Positions 19,839 through 29,501 of a stretch of 64,000 bases of DNA are shown here, one piece after another. The notes below the pieces were generated by a model. The model did not search any database. It saw nothing but the letters and a program-made list of their open reading frames with translations, and had not been told where the DNA came from. Origin of the DNA: an uncultured delta proteobacterium (GTDB lineage Bacteria; Myxococcota; Myxococcia; Myxococcales; Myxococcaceae); contig CAWCKH010000004.1 of the NCBI GenBank assembly GCA_963796055.1, positions 2,656,001 to 2,720,000 of the forward strand. The letters run 5' to 3'. The position numbers and the translations under genes were made by a program. Position 1 is the first letter of the stretch. Each line of letters opens with the position of its first letter.

Positions 19839-20581
19839 GGGGAGTCAGGGGGGAGCAGGTTCCCGAGGAGGTGGGCCACGCGGTCCAGCGCGTCCGGGTG
19901 CACGGTGTGGGGACCGTCGAAGGGGATGAACTCCACCGCCAGCCCCCCCTCGGTCAGCAGCTCCCGCAGCGCCTCGCCTTCGGAGTAGGGGAGGACCTGG
20001 TCCTGCCGCCCGTGCGAGAGGATGACCGGGAGGCCTGCGCGGCGGGGTGCCAGCTTCCGCCAGGTGTCGGCGGTGACCGGCACCGTGCTCAATCCGACCA
20101 GCGCCGCCGGCCGGTGCTCCCAGTGCAGCGCCAGGTCGGTGGCCAGCATCCCGCCCTGGCTGAAGCCCCCGAGCACCACCCGCTCTGGACCGAGCCCCGA
20201 GCCAGCGAGCAACGCCTCGATGCTCCCTTGAAGCTTCCTCCGCGCGGAGGCCAGTCCCTCGGGTGCCTCGTTCCGGAGGCGCGCGCGGCCGCCGGGGGTC
20301 GTGGACAGCGTCGACAGCTTCATCCAGTCGATCGGCCACCAGGCCCGCGAATCTCCCCACGAGGCCTGGCCCATGCTGATCGGCGCCGCGGGGAAGGCGA
20401 AGCGCACCGGGGCGAGCCGCGGCTCACGCTCCAGCAGCTCGGGGACGAAAGGCACCAGGTCCTCTCCCGAGGCCCCGTACCCGTGATTGAACACCACCAG
20501 CAGCGGTGGCCGGGCACCGGCCTCTGGCTGCACCACGTGCACCTCGAGCTCGCCGGAGGTGCTGGTGACCACGTCGCTCAT
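19793..20581 (-). CDS. Phospholipase/carboxylesterase
   Basis: HGYGASGEDL, FPAAP, RAWW, GGFSQGG, HGRQD, FDGPH. Confidence 0.88.
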   Translation of the reverse strand: MSDVVTSTSGELEVHVVQPEAGARPPLLVVFNHGYGASGEDLVPFVPELLEREPRLAPVRFAFPAAPISMGQASWGDSRAWWPIDWMKLSTLSTTPGGRARLRNEAPEGLASARRKLQGSIEALLAGSGLGPERVVLGGFSQGGMLATDLALHWEHRPAALVGLSTVPVTADTWRKLAPRRAGLPVILSHGRQDQVLPYSEGEALRELLTEGGLAVEFIPFDGPHTVHPDALDRVAHLLGNLLPPDSPCPSPSSASPAPTAT

Positions 20582-20628
20582 CAAATCCTCTCCACGCTAG
20601 CAGAGCATGGTAATTCCCAGGCTCGCCC

Positions 20629-21822
20629 ATGGCTCGCTCGCACGTCCTGGTGACCGTCACCGGCCCGGACCAGCCGGGTATCACCGCCCGGCTCACCGGA
20701 ATCATCGCCACCAGCACCGCCTCGCTCCTGGACATCGAGCAGGTGGTGGTGCAGGGGCAGCTGACGCTCGCGCTCCTCCTCGCCCTCGACGACGACGACG
20801 GGCTGCTCAAGGACCTCCTCTTCGCCGCCAAGTCGCTGGGCGTCGAGCTGGACTTCGCGCCGGTCGACCCCGACGAGCCGGGTGCTGCCCGGGAGCCCCA
20901 GCGCTTCGTGGTGACCGCCATCGGGCGATCGCTCGGCGCACGCGAGCTGCACGCGGTCGCCAGCACCCTCGCCGACCACGAGGGGAACATCGAGCGCATC
21001 CATCAGCTCTCGAAGGGTGAGCTGGGTTCGGTGGAGATCCTCCTCGGCCTGCCCGCGGGAGCCGACCCCGAGCCCCTCAAGCGGGCGTTGCTCGAGCTGG
21101 GGATGCAGGAGAGCTTCGACGTCGCGCTGCAGCGTGAGGGCCTGTTCCGCAGGAGCAAGCGGCTGGTGGTGATGGACATGGACAGCACCCTCATCCGCAT
21201 CGAGGTCATCGACGAGCTGGCCCGGGCGCACGGCGTCGCGGAGCGGGTGGCGGCCATCACCGAGCGGGCGATGCAGGGGGAGATGGACTACGACGAGTCG
21301 CTCCGCCAGCGGCTGGGGCTGCTGGAGGGCCTCGATGTCTCGGTGCTCCGGCGGATCGCCGCCGAGCTGCCCCTCACCGAGGGCGCCGAGAAGCTGATCG
21401 AGGTGCTCAAGCGGCTCGGGTACCGCACCGCAGTCATCTCCGGCGGGTTCTCCATCGCCGCCGAGGCGCTCAAGGCGCGGCTGGGAATCGACTACGCATA
21501 CTCGAACACCCTGGAGGTCGCGGGCGGGAAGCTCACCGGCCGGGTCCTCGGCCCCATCGTCAACGGCAAGCGCAAGGCCGAGCTGCTGGAGGTCATCGCC
21601 CAGGCCGAGGGCGTGTTGCTCGACCAGACCATCGCCGTGGGAGACGGGGCCAACGACGTCCCGATGCTGGAGAAGGCCGGGCTGGGCATCGCCTTCCGGG
21701 CGAAGAAGACGCTCCGCGAGCGCGCCGACACCTCGCTCTCCGCCACCGGGCTGGACGCCATCCTGTACCTGCTGGGTATCAGCGCCGAGGAGCTGCAGGA
21801 CGCCACCGCGCGGTTCGGCTAG
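20629..21822 (+). CDS. serB: Phosphoserine phosphatase with ACT domains
   Basis: GPDQPGIT (ACT), MDMDSTLI HAD motif I, EVIDELA, SGGF, GDGAND. Confidence 0.95.
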   Translation: MARSHVLVTVTGPDQPGITARLTGIIATSTASLLDIEQVVVQGQLTLALLLALDDDDGLLKDLLFAAKSLGVELDFAPVDPDEPGAAREPQRFVVTAIGRSLGARELHAVASTLADHEGNIERIHQLSKGELGSVEILLGLPAGADPEPLKRALLELGMQESFDVALQREGLFRRSKRLVVMDMDSTLIRIEVIDELARAHGVAERVAAITERAMQGEMDYDESLRQRLGLLEGLDVSVLRRIAAELPLTEGAEKLIEVLKRLGYRTAVISGGFSIAAEALKARLGIDYAYSNTLEVAGGKLTGRVLGPIVNGKRKAELLEVIAQAEGVLLDQTIAVGDGANDVPMLEKAGLGIAFRAKKTLRERADTSLSATGLDAILYLLGISAEELQDATARFG

Positions 21823-21834
21823 ATCGGACGCGTG

Positions 21835-23010
21835 ATGAGCTCCGACAGCTGGACCGGGTGGTGGCGTGGGCGGCAGGACGCCTTCGAGGAGGCGCTACGG
21901 GCCCTGGTGGAGGTCAACTCCTTCACCGCCAACCGCGAGGGAGGCCTCGAGGTGGGCCGGCGCCTGAGCGAGCAGCTCCGCCTCCCCGGCGTGGAGGCTC
22001 GCGCCGTCGCCAGCACGCAGTACGCCGACCACCGGGTGTTCCGCACCCGGGGGAATCCGCGGCTCCCGCCGATCGCGCTCATCGGCCACCTGGACACCGT
22101 CTTTCCCCCCGGCACCTTCGAGGGGTACCGGGTGGACGGTCCCCTCCGCCGCGGGCCGGGCGTGCTCGACATGAAGGGCGGCCTGGTGGTGGTGGCCTTC
22201 GCGCTGCGCGGGCTCGCCGAGAGCTATCCGGGCGGCCTGGAGGCCCTCCCCCCGCTGCGCATCGTGGTGGTCTCCGACGAGGAGGTGGGCTCCCCGGAGG
22301 GCGCGGGCGTCATCCGCGAGGCCATCGCCGGCAGCGACGCCGCGCTGGTGTTCGAGTCGGGCCGGGCGCAGGACGCGATCATCACCCGGCGCAAGGGCAC
22401 CGGGAACGTGAGCGCCATCGGCCACGGCAAGGCGGCCCATGCCGGCAACGCACACGCCGAGGGGAAGAACGCCATCTGGGCCATCGCCCGGTGGGTGGAC
22501 GCGGCCCAGCAGCTCACCGACTACCCGCGCGGCATCAGCGTCAACGTGGGGACGATCTCCGGCGGGATCGGCAAGAACACCGTGCCCGAGCACGCCGAGG
22601 CCCACGCCGACATCCGCTACCTCACCCGCGCCGACGGCGAGGCACTGGTGCAGCGCCTGCGGGAGGCGGCGGAGCGCGCGGCGGCCTCGGTCCCCGGAAC
22701 ACGCCTCGAGCTGTCGGGGGGCGTGAACCGCGACCCGCTCGAGCGCACCCCGGCCAACGTCGCGCTGATGGAGGAGTACGCCCGCGCGGCCCGCGCCGCG
22801 GGGCTGGGCGCGGTGGAGGCGCCGCTCATCGGCGGGGCCAGCGATGCCAGCACCTCGTCCTCGATGGGCATCGCTTCCATCGATGGGCTCGGCCCCCGCG
22901 GGAAGGGCTTCCACACCGTGGACGAGCAGATCGAGGTGGAGACCCTGGTGCCCAAGGCCGAGGCGCTGGCGCGCTTCCTGGCCGCCCGGGCCGGAGCCGG
23001 CGGTGGATGA
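21835..23010 (+). CDS. M20 family metallopeptidase (carboxypeptidase G2-like)
   Basis: GHLDTVF, GPGVLDMKGG, SDEEVGS, FESG, AAHAG, GGASD, DGLGP, FHT. Confidence 0.9.
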   Translation: MSSDSWTGWWRGRQDAFEEALRALVEVNSFTANREGGLEVGRRLSEQLRLPGVEARAVASTQYADHRVFRTRGNPRLPPIALIGHLDTVFPPGTFEGYRVDGPLRRGPGVLDMKGGLVVVAFALRGLAESYPGGLEALPPLRIVVVSDEEVGSPEGAGVIREAIAGSDAALVFESGRAQDAIITRRKGTGNVSAIGHGKAAHAGNAHAEGKNAIWAIARWVDAAQQLTDYPRGISVNVGTISGGIGKNTVPEHAEAHADIRYLTRADGEALVQRLREAAERAAASVPGTRLELSGGVNRDPLERTPANVALMEEYARAARAAGLGAVEAPLIGGASDASTSSSMGIASIDGLGPRGKGFHTVDEQIEVETLVPKAEALARFLAARAGAGGG

Positions 23011-23329
23011 GGACGCACCGGTCCCGTTGCCCCTCGACGGCCGGCTGGACTTGCACCTCTTCCACCCCCGCGAGCTCCCCGCGCTGCTCGACGCCTACCT
23101 CGGCGAGTGCCGCGCCGCCGGGGTGCTCCAGCTGGAAATCGTCCACGGGAAGGGGACGGGTGCCCTGGGCCGGCGAGTCCGGGCCCTCCTCGACCGCCGC
23201 GGCGACGTGCTCCGCCACTCGGTGGCCGACGAGGGCCGGGGCGGGTGGGGGGTGACCCTGGTCACCTTGAAACCGCTGGCAGCGGAAGGTGCCGGGGGCC
23301 CCTCGCCAGCTCGCCCGCAGTCCGAGTAG
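23003..23329 (+). CDS. Stand-alone Smr/MutS2-domain protein
   Basis: LDLHLF, IVHGKGTG, GGWGVTLV; the GTG overlaps the upstream stop. Confidence 0.85.
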   Translation: MDEDAPVPLPLDGRLDLHLFHPRELPALLDAYLGECRAAGVLQLEIVHGKGTGALGRRVRALLDRRGDVLRHSVADEGRGGWGVTLVTLKPLAAEGAGGPSPARPQSE

Positions 23330-23339
23330 GAATCCCCCC

Positions 23340-23756
23340 GTGGCCCGTGCTGCTCCCCTGACGGTGATGGTGGTCGACGACCAGGCGCTGTTCCGCCGGT
23401 CGATCCAGGACCGGCTCCGCTCGGAGGGGTACGATGTGGTGTCCGCGGAGAACGGTGCCGAGGCGCTGGAGCTGTTGCAGGCCGCGCCGAGTCCGTGCGT
23501 GGTGCTCCTGGATCTCATGATGCCGGTGATGAACGGCGTCGAGTTCCTGCACGCGCTCGACCGGCGTGCGGAGACCACCGATGTCCGGGTGATGCTCGTC
23601 TCCGGGCACGGCGTGCTGGAGCGCATCGCGCTGGACAGCAAGCGCATCGTCGCCCGGTTGCAGAAGCCGCTGGAGATGACCGAGCTCCGCAGCGCGCTCG
23701 AGGCGCAGCTCGGTTCCGCGGTGCCGCGGCACCCATCCCCGCGTACGGTGCACTGA
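23340..23756 (+). CDS. Single-domain response regulator
   Basis: VMVVDD, LLDLMMPVMNG, LVSG, QKP. Confidence 0.85.
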   Translation: MARAAPLTVMVVDDQALFRRSIQDRLRSEGYDVVSAENGAEALELLQAAPSPCVVLLDLMMPVMNGVEFLHALDRRAETTDVRVMLVSGHGVLERIALDSKRIVARLQKPLEMTELRSALEAQLGSAVPRHPSPRTVH

Positions 23757-23767
23757 GCTCGCCGTGG

Positions 23768-24307
23768 CTAGAACGCCACGCCCACGCGCACCCCACCGCC
23801 CCGCCGCAGCCGGAAGGGCGACCAGCGCAGGACGGTGCGCCCCGGTCCGGGAGCGCCGAGCGGAACGTCGAGCCCGAGCCGCTCGCGCAGCTCTGTCCCG
23901 GTGAGCCCGGCCAGCCGCACACCTCCGGCCGGACCTGAGGCGGAGCCTCCCCCGGCCGCGGCCAGCCCTGCCCCGACGAGAAACAGTCCGCCCGCGACCA
24001 GCGCCTGGGTGCCGTCGGCGCACTGGCCGGACAGGGCGCAGCCCCGGTGGGTGACTGCCGGCAGAGTGAGCGCGAGCCCGGCCAGCGCCGCCGCCCCGCC
24101 CAGCAGGAGCAGTCCTGTTTGTGCTGGAGCAGGCGGAGCGATGGTGGTGTCCACCCCGACCAGCGGGAACGTCGCCGGGGCAGCCCCGGCCGGACGGACG
24201 CGGGCGAGGAGGTCCGGTGCCCGCTCGGACGCGGAAGGAGCCCCCAGCGCGGGTGCGTCGGGGACCGTGGCCAGGAGGGTCCCGGCGATGAGCGCGGCGT
24301 GCATCAT
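23768..24307 (-). CDS. Hypothetical membrane/secreted protein
   Basis: ATGA overlap with the upstream gene, signal-like N-terminus, two hydrophobic segments, C-terminal VRVGVAF. Confidence 0.55.
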   Translation of the reverse strand: MMHAALIAGTLLATVPDAPALGAPSASERAPDLLARVRPAGAAPATFPLVGVDTTIAPPAPAQTGLLLLGGAAALAGLALTLPAVTHRGCALSGQCADGTQALVAGGLFLVGAGLAAAGGGSASGPAGGVRLAGLTGTELRERLGLDVPLGAPGPGRTVLRWSPFRLRRGGGVRVGVAF

Positions 24308-24897
24308 GGTGGGGCGAGGTGGCTCAGGTCGTTCCAGAGCCAGATGACCTCGGAGGCGTGCTCGCGGCCGAGCACGCTGACCGACGCGGTGCTCAGCGCC
24401 AGCCGCTCTCCGAACGCGGCTGGCGCCTGGATCCACCGCACCGCCAGCACCCTCAACAGATGTCCATGGGCGAAGATCACCACGTCCCCCTCGACGCCGC
24501 GTACCTCCGAGATCACCCGATCCGCGCGGACGCCGACCTGCTCCGCAGTCTCCCCCTGCGGGCACCCGTCGCGCCAGAGGCTCCACTCGGATCGCTCGCG
24601 GAGGATGTCCGCCCGGGTCCGGCCCTCGTACGCGCCGTAGTCCCACTCCATCAGGTCGGGGCGAGCCTCGGCCCGGTCGCCCAGGCCGGCGAGGATGCAC
24701 GTGTCACGGGCCCGTGACAGCGGGCTGACGAACACCCGCGTGAAGGGCCAGGCAGCCAGCCGGTGGCGGAGGAGCTCGGCCTCCCGACGTCCCTCGGCGG
24801 TCAGCGGGATGTCCTGCCTCCCGGTGTGCTGCTTGGACCTCGTCCACTCGGTCTCCCCGTGGCGGACCAGCACCACCACCCGGCTCGTCTGGGCCAT
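24304..24897 (-). CDS. Histidine phosphatase (phosphoglycerate mutase family)
   Basis: LVRHGETEW, SPLSRA, EWDYGAYEG, AHGH. Confidence 0.92.
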   Translation of the reverse strand: MAQTSRVVVLVRHGETEWTRSKQHTGRQDIPLTAEGRREAELLRHRLAAWPFTRVFVSPLSRARDTCILAGLGDRAEARPDLMEWDYGAYEGRTRADILRERSEWSLWRDGCPQGETAEQVGVRADRVISEVRGVEGDVVIFAHGHLLRVLAVRWIQAPAAFGERLALSTASVSVLGREHASEVIWLWNDLSHLAPP

Positions 24898-24983
24898 GCG
24901 TTCTCCTCGGGCCTCCCGCCATGGAGGCGTCGAGGCCGCACCATAGAGCGGTCGTTCCGCCGAGCGGTTACAATGCCGCGCCC

Positions 24984-25526
24984 ATGGAGACCCTGGTTCT
25001 CAGCACGGGATACGAGCCCGTCGCCCGTGTCTCGTGGCAGCGGGCCATCAATCTCTTGTTCCTCGGCAAGGTGGAGGTGGTCGAGGAGTACGAGGACCGG
25101 CTGGTTCGCTCGGTGACGTTTGCGGTGAAGATGCCCTCGGTCATCCGCTTCCTGCGCGCAGTGCGCAACCGGAAGCGGGCCATCAAGTTCAGCCGCGAGA
25201 ACGTCTTTGCCCGCGACCACGGGAAGTGCCAGTACTGCGCCGAGCGGGTCAGCCGCCAGGACGCCACGTATGATCACGTGGTCCCGCGCGCTCAGGGCGG
25301 CCACACCACCTGGGAGAACGTGGTGATCTGCTGCTTCCGCTGCAACCAGCGGAAGGGAGGGCGCACGCCCCCGCAGGCCGGGATGGCGCTGCTCAGCACG
25401 CCGGTGAAGCCGAAGAAGCTCCCCGAGACGTTCCACCTGACCTTCACCTACGAGCCGGGGATGCCTCTGTCCTGGCGCAAGTTCCTCCGGGACGTGGCCT
25501 ACTGGCACGGCGAGCTCGAGGACTGA
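24984..25526 (+). CDS. HNH endonuclease (McrA-like)
   Basis: FSRENVFARD..CQYC, TYDHVVPRAQGG, WENVVICCFRCNQRKG. Confidence 0.9.
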   Translation: METLVLSTGYEPVARVSWQRAINLLFLGKVEVVEEYEDRLVRSVTFAVKMPSVIRFLRAVRNRKRAIKFSRENVFARDHGKCQYCAERVSRQDATYDHVVPRAQGGHTTWENVVICCFRCNQRKGGRTPPQAGMALLSTPVKPKKLPETFHLTFTYEPGMPLSWRKFLRDVAYWHGELED

Positions 25527-25612
25527 CCGCCCGCGCCCCCGGAGCGCTGGCCCGCGCGTGGTCCGCCCTGCCGCCAGGCGCCCGCCGAGCCCTGGCCCGG
25601 GCGGCGCTGCTG

Positions 25613-26152
25613 GTGGGGGTGGTGGTGGCGCTGATCAACGGCGCGGTCAACGCCATCGGAGGGGCCGACGTGTTTCTCCTCTCGCCCTGGCACCTACGGG
25701 CGCGGGTCCGGGCGCTGGGGCTCTACGCGCTGCACCGTCCGCGGTGCGCGTTCCGGGCCCACCCGCCGCTGACCCCGGTGGTGTCCGCGGCCGAACGGCG
25801 CCATGGGCTCCCCCCCGGTCTGCTCGAGGCGCTGGTGGAGGTGGAGAGCGGCGGCCGCGTCCACAGCATCTCCGGGACGGGGGCGGTTGGCCCGGGCCAG
25901 CTGCTCCCCTCCACCGCACGGCTGCTCGGGGTGGGCGATCCCTTCGACTCGGAGGAGGGTGTGGACGGCAGCGCGCGGTACCTGGCCCAGCAGCTGCGGC
26001 GCTTCCGGTCGGTCCGGCTGGCCATCGCCGCGTACAACGCCGGGCCCGGCGCCGTGGGGGATGGGGCGGCGTGGCCCGAGGAGACCCGGGCCTACGTGGA
26101 CCAGGTCACCGAGCGCTACGCACGGCGTCGCCGGGCGCACGCACAGCGCTGA
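25613..26152 (+). CDS. Lytic transglycosylase (SLT domain)
   Basis: VEVESGG, SGTGAVGPGQLLP, ARYL, IAAYNAGPG, ETRAYV; start uncertain. Confidence 0.85.
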   Translation: MGVVVALINGAVNAIGGADVFLLSPWHLRARVRALGLYALHRPRCAFRAHPPLTPVVSAAERRHGLPPGLLEALVEVESGGRVHSISGTGAVGPGQLLPSTARLLGVGDPFDSEEGVDGSARYLAQQLRRFRSVRLAIAAYNAGPGAVGDGAAWPEETRAYVDQVTERYARRRRAHAQR

Positions 26153-26228
26153 GCGGGCGCGGGGGGCTGGATCGAATCGAGGTGGTGCGCGGGCCGCCCG
26201 GTGAGGCTAGGAAGGCGGACTCCCCCGC

Positions 26229-26984
26229 ATGGTGCTGACCCGCCAGCAGCAGCTCTACACCTACCTCAGCGGCATCTTCGTCGCCGCGCTGCTGCTGGGC
26301 GACCTCACCGGCGGCAAGGCGTTCGGCATCGACGTCCAGCTGTTCGGCGTGCACTACCGCCAGCCGGTCTCGGTGGGGCTCTTCGCCTTCCCGATCACCT
26401 TCCTCCTCACCGACATCGTCAACGAGTTCTACGGGACGAAGGGCGCGCGCTTCCTGACCTTGCTGGGGATGTGGATGGCGGTGTTCAGCTTCATCGTGCT
26501 GAACGTCTCGCAGCTGCCCGCCGCGGACCCGAACAGCTATTACACCGACGCCGAGTTCAACAAGGTCTTCGGGGTGGGCGGGAAGCTCTTCGTCGCCTCG
26601 ATCATCGCCTACCTCTGCGGGCAGTTCCTCGACATCCACGTCTTCGCCTTCTGGAAGGCGTTGACCCAGTCGAGGCACCTGTGGCTGCGGGCGACCGGGT
26701 CTACCATCGCCAGTCAGGTGGTGGACACCTTCGTCATCAACTTCCTCTTCTGGTACGTCTTCCCGTCGGTGGGGAACGCCCAGCCCCGGCCCCTGGGGTG
26801 GGTCACCAGCAAATCGGTCGGCGAGTACCTCATCAAGCTGGTCATCGCCGTGGGCCTGACCCCGGCCGTGTACGGCGTGCATGAGCTGGTGGTGCGGCGG
26901 CTCGGAATCCAGCCCCACCCCCACGGCCGGGTGGGGCCGTCCGAATCCGTGGCCTCGCACGCCCCGTCCGGTGGGACCGGGTAG
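26229..26984 (+). CDS. Queuosine precursor transporter (YhhQ/VUT family)
   Basis: FPITFLLTDIVNEFYG, ASIIAYLCGQFLD, WLRATGSTIASQVVDT. Confidence 0.88.
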   Translation: MVLTRQQQLYTYLSGIFVAALLLGDLTGGKAFGIDVQLFGVHYRQPVSVGLFAFPITFLLTDIVNEFYGTKGARFLTLLGMWMAVFSFIVLNVSQLPAADPNSYYTDAEFNKVFGVGGKLFVASIIAYLCGQFLDIHVFAFWKALTQSRHLWLRATGSTIASQVVDTFVINFLFWYVFPSVGNAQPRPLGWVTSKSVGEYLIKLVIAVGLTPAVYGVHELVVRRLGIQPHPHGRVGPSESVASHAPSGGTG

Positions 26985-27035
26985 GTGCACCGGGGGTTGA
27001 CGTCTCACGCGAGCGGCGGGCACGTTTCAAAGATC

Positions 27036-27398
27036 ATGTCCGAGGGCCCGATCCTGATCGTCGACGACGATGCGTTCGTGCGGACGTTGCTCCGCGAGAT
27101 GCTTGCCGACCAGGGTCACCCGCTCCGGGAGGCCGAGAACGGCCACGAGGCGCTGGGCCTCGAGGGTCCGCCCCCCCGGATCGTCCTGCTGGATCTCCTG
27201 ATGCCGGAGATGAGCGGGATGGAGGCCCTGGCGCTCATTCGCGATCGCTGGCCCGGGACGCCGGTGCTGGTCATCAGCTCGATGGACAGTGACCGCCTGG
27301 TGGACGAGGCTCTCGCCGCAGGGGCTTCCGGCTACATCACCAAGCCATTCCACCCGGTGGAGATCGCCTCTGCGGTGGAGCGTGCGCTGGCGGCCTGA
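27036..27398 (+). CDS. Single-domain response regulator
   Basis: ILIVDDD, LLDLLMPEMSG, ISS, GASGYITKPF. Confidence 0.88.
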   Translation: MSEGPILIVDDDAFVRTLLREMLADQGHPLREAENGHEALGLEGPPPRIVLLDLLMPEMSGMEALALIRDRWPGTPVLVISSMDSDRLVDEALAAGASGYITKPFHPVEIASAVERALAA

Positions 27399-27421
27399 GG
27401 AGACGCTCGGGGACCTTCCAG

Positions 27422-28420
27422 ATGTCCGAGTACTGGATCGGAGACGCGGAAGGACGGGTGCTCGGGCCGGTGAGCCTGGACGTGGTCCAGGACCTGGTGA
27501 ACACCGGGCGTCTGACCGAGATCACCCGGGTCTCCCGCGATGGCCGGAACTGGGGCACCCCGGCCGGCTTCCCCGAGGTGATGGCGCTGCTGCTCAACGC
27601 GCCGTCGCCCGACGCGCTGCTGCAGTCCGAGCGGCAGGAAGCGGCGCGGGTGCGCGAGCAGCTCCGGGCGATGCAGGGACGGCCGCCGCACGAGATCTTC
27701 CGGCTCGACCGCAACGCCTCGGTGGACGCGTACCGGAACGCCTTCTTCAAGCTGGTGAAGCGCTTCTATCCGGACCGGGTGCGGGCGCAGGCCCACCCGG
27801 ACCTGCGCAAGGCCTACGCCGACGCCTTCCAGTTCCTCAGCCGCCTGATGGTGCACATCGAGAAGGACCTCACGGCGGGCGTCCCGGTCTCCCCGCTGCC
27901 GGTTCTCGTCCGGGCAGCGCCTCCCCCGACACCGATGGATGACGAGCCGCTCACGCCCATCCCCGCCCCGCCGCCCCAGACCGCGCGCCCGCTCAGCGTG
28001 GTCCCCCGGAGCATGACCCCGCTGCCCCGTCCGGGACCGTTCTCCTCGCCCGCGCACGAGGGAGCGTTCAGCTACCAGCCGCATGAGTTCGTGGGCTTCG
28101 AGCGGCGCGACGACCGGGTCGAGGTCACCATCCGGGTCACCGCCCGGAACAGCCGGATGTTCACCGACCATCCACTGGCGAACCTCAAGACCGACGGCTT
28201 CTTCCTCGCCTGCGCCAAGTCACTCCCGCTGGGGACCCTGGTGGACGTCATCTTCCGCTTCGACGAGGAGCACCGGGAGGTGCGCTCGCGCGGCCGGGTG
28301 ATCCTGGAGAACAGCGGTGGGGACCCGTCCAAGCCCTCCGGCTTCGGCGTCCGGTTCATCACCCTGGTCGAGCAGGACCGCCGCTTCATGCTGCAGTTCG
28401 TGGAGCGGTCCGCGCACTGA
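27422..28420 (+). CDS. GYF-like + J-like + PilZ-like (TIGR02266-type) multidomain protein
   Basis: N-terminal GRVLGPVSL...VSRDGRNW; J-like AFFKLVKRFYPD; Pro-rich linker; C-terminal RRDDR..NLKTDGFF..GFGVRF. Confidence 0.7.
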   Translation: MSEYWIGDAEGRVLGPVSLDVVQDLVNTGRLTEITRVSRDGRNWGTPAGFPEVMALLLNAPSPDALLQSERQEAARVREQLRAMQGRPPHEIFRLDRNASVDAYRNAFFKLVKRFYPDRVRAQAHPDLRKAYADAFQFLSRLMVHIEKDLTAGVPVSPLPVLVRAAPPPTPMDDEPLTPIPAPPPQTARPLSVVPRSMTPLPRPGPFSSPAHEGAFSYQPHEFVGFERRDDRVEVTIRVTARNSRMFTDHPLANLKTDGFFLACAKSLPLGTLVDVIFRFDEEHREVRSRGRVILENSGGDPSKPSGFGVRFITLVEQDRRFMLQFVERSAH

Positions 28421-28460
28421 CCCGGGCCCGTCGTGCGAGCGTCGCCGGCGCCTCCGTCGG

Positions 28461-28625
28461 CTACGGCAACCGGTCGCCCACGAAGCCGCGCTCGGCCTCG
28501 GCGATGGCGCTCTCCACCGTTCGCATCGGCTCACCCCACGCGCCCGCGAGCCGGAGCGCCCGCACCAGGCCTCCCCTCACCCGGGACGCGACCTCGACCA
28601 GGTGATGAGGCTGCTCGGTGCCCAT
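28461..28625 (-). CDS. Putative small protein (54 aa)
   Basis: MGTEQPHHLVEVASRVRGGLVRALRLAGAWGEPMRTVESAIAEAERGFVGDRLP fills an otherwise empty gap and looks amphipathic. Confidence 0.4.
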   Translation of the reverse strand: MGTEQPHHLVEVASRVRGGLVRALRLAGAWGEPMRTVESAIAEAERGFVGDRLP

Positions 28626-28709
28626 GCGGTGACTAGGAACTAGCGCGCCGCAACAGGTTGCGCCATTCCGAGCGGCGCCGGGCCAGGCCGGCGCGTAGAG
28701 TCCTCGCCG

Positions 28710-29501
28710 GTGCGAGTCCCGAGCGCAGCACACGAAGGAGCACCACCCCGCCCGGACTCCACGCCGGTGCTGGTGCTGCGGGAGGTGACCCGGGGGTTCG
28801 GTGGGCGGCTGGCCGTCCGCGGAGTCTCGCTCGAGGTCCCGCGCGAGAGGACCACTGTCCTCCTGGGCGAGAGCGGCAGTGGCAAGAGCACCCTGCTCCG
28901 GCTGATGGCGGGGCTCCTGGCGCCGGACTCGGGGGAGATCCTCTTGGAGGGCGCCCCGGTGACGCCCCGGACCGGGCCGGAGCTCCGCCGCCGGATGGGA
29001 TTCGGGCTGCAATCCGGCGGGCTCTTTCCGCACCTGACCGCAGCGGACAACGTCACCCTCCTCGCCCGGGCGCTCCGCCGACCGGCCGAGTGGCGGGAGC
29101 GGCGGCTCGGCCAGCTCACCGGGCTGGTGCGGCTCGAACCCGACGTCCTCGCCCGCTGGCCGGTGCAGCTCTCCGGTGGACAGCGGCAGCGGGTCAGCCT
29201 GATGCGCGCGCTGATGCTCGTGCCGGCAGTGGTGCTGCTCGACGAGCCGCTCGGGGCGCTGGACCCGGTCACCCGCGCCGAGCTGCAGCAGGAGCTGCGA
29301 CAGGTGTTTCGCTCGCTGGGGACGACGGTGGTGCTGGTCACCCATGATCTCGACGAGGCCGCGTTGCTCGGAGATCGGGTGGCCTTGATGCACGAGGGGA
29401 GGCTGGTCCAGGTGGGCCCGGTGGAGGAGCTCGCTGCCCATCCGGCGGATCCCTGGGTGGCGCGCTTCCTCGCCGGATGGCACGGAAGGATGGAGCGGTG
29501 A
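28710..29501 (+). CDS. Osmoprotectant-type ABC transporter ATP-binding protein
   Basis: GESGSGKST, GLFPHLT, LSGGQRQR, LLDEPLGALDP, VTHDLDEA. Confidence 0.9.
   Translation: MRVPSAAHEGAPPRPDSTPVLVLREVTRGFGGRLAVRGVSLEVPRERTTVLLGESGSGKSTLLRLMAGLLAPDSGEILLEGAPVTPRTGPELRRRMGFGLQSGGLFPHLTAADNVTLLARALRRPAEWRERRLGQLTGLVRLEPDVLARWPVQLSGGQRQRVSLMRALMLVPAVVLLDEPLGALDPVTRAELQQELRQVFRSLGTTVVLVTHDLDEAALLGDRVALMHEGRLVQVGPVEELAAHPADPWVARFLAGWHGRMER

Noticed and set aside
24984..26152. HNH nuclease plus lytic transglycosylase as a prophage remnant or defence system
   Set aside because: Both are common stand-alone families; there is no integrase, structural gene, adjacent methylase or visible compositional shift.
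28650..28665. TGGCGCAACCTGTTGC on the minus strand as a sigma54 promoter
   Set aside because: GG-to-GC spacing is 11 nt, not the required 10; only an indel error would rescue it.
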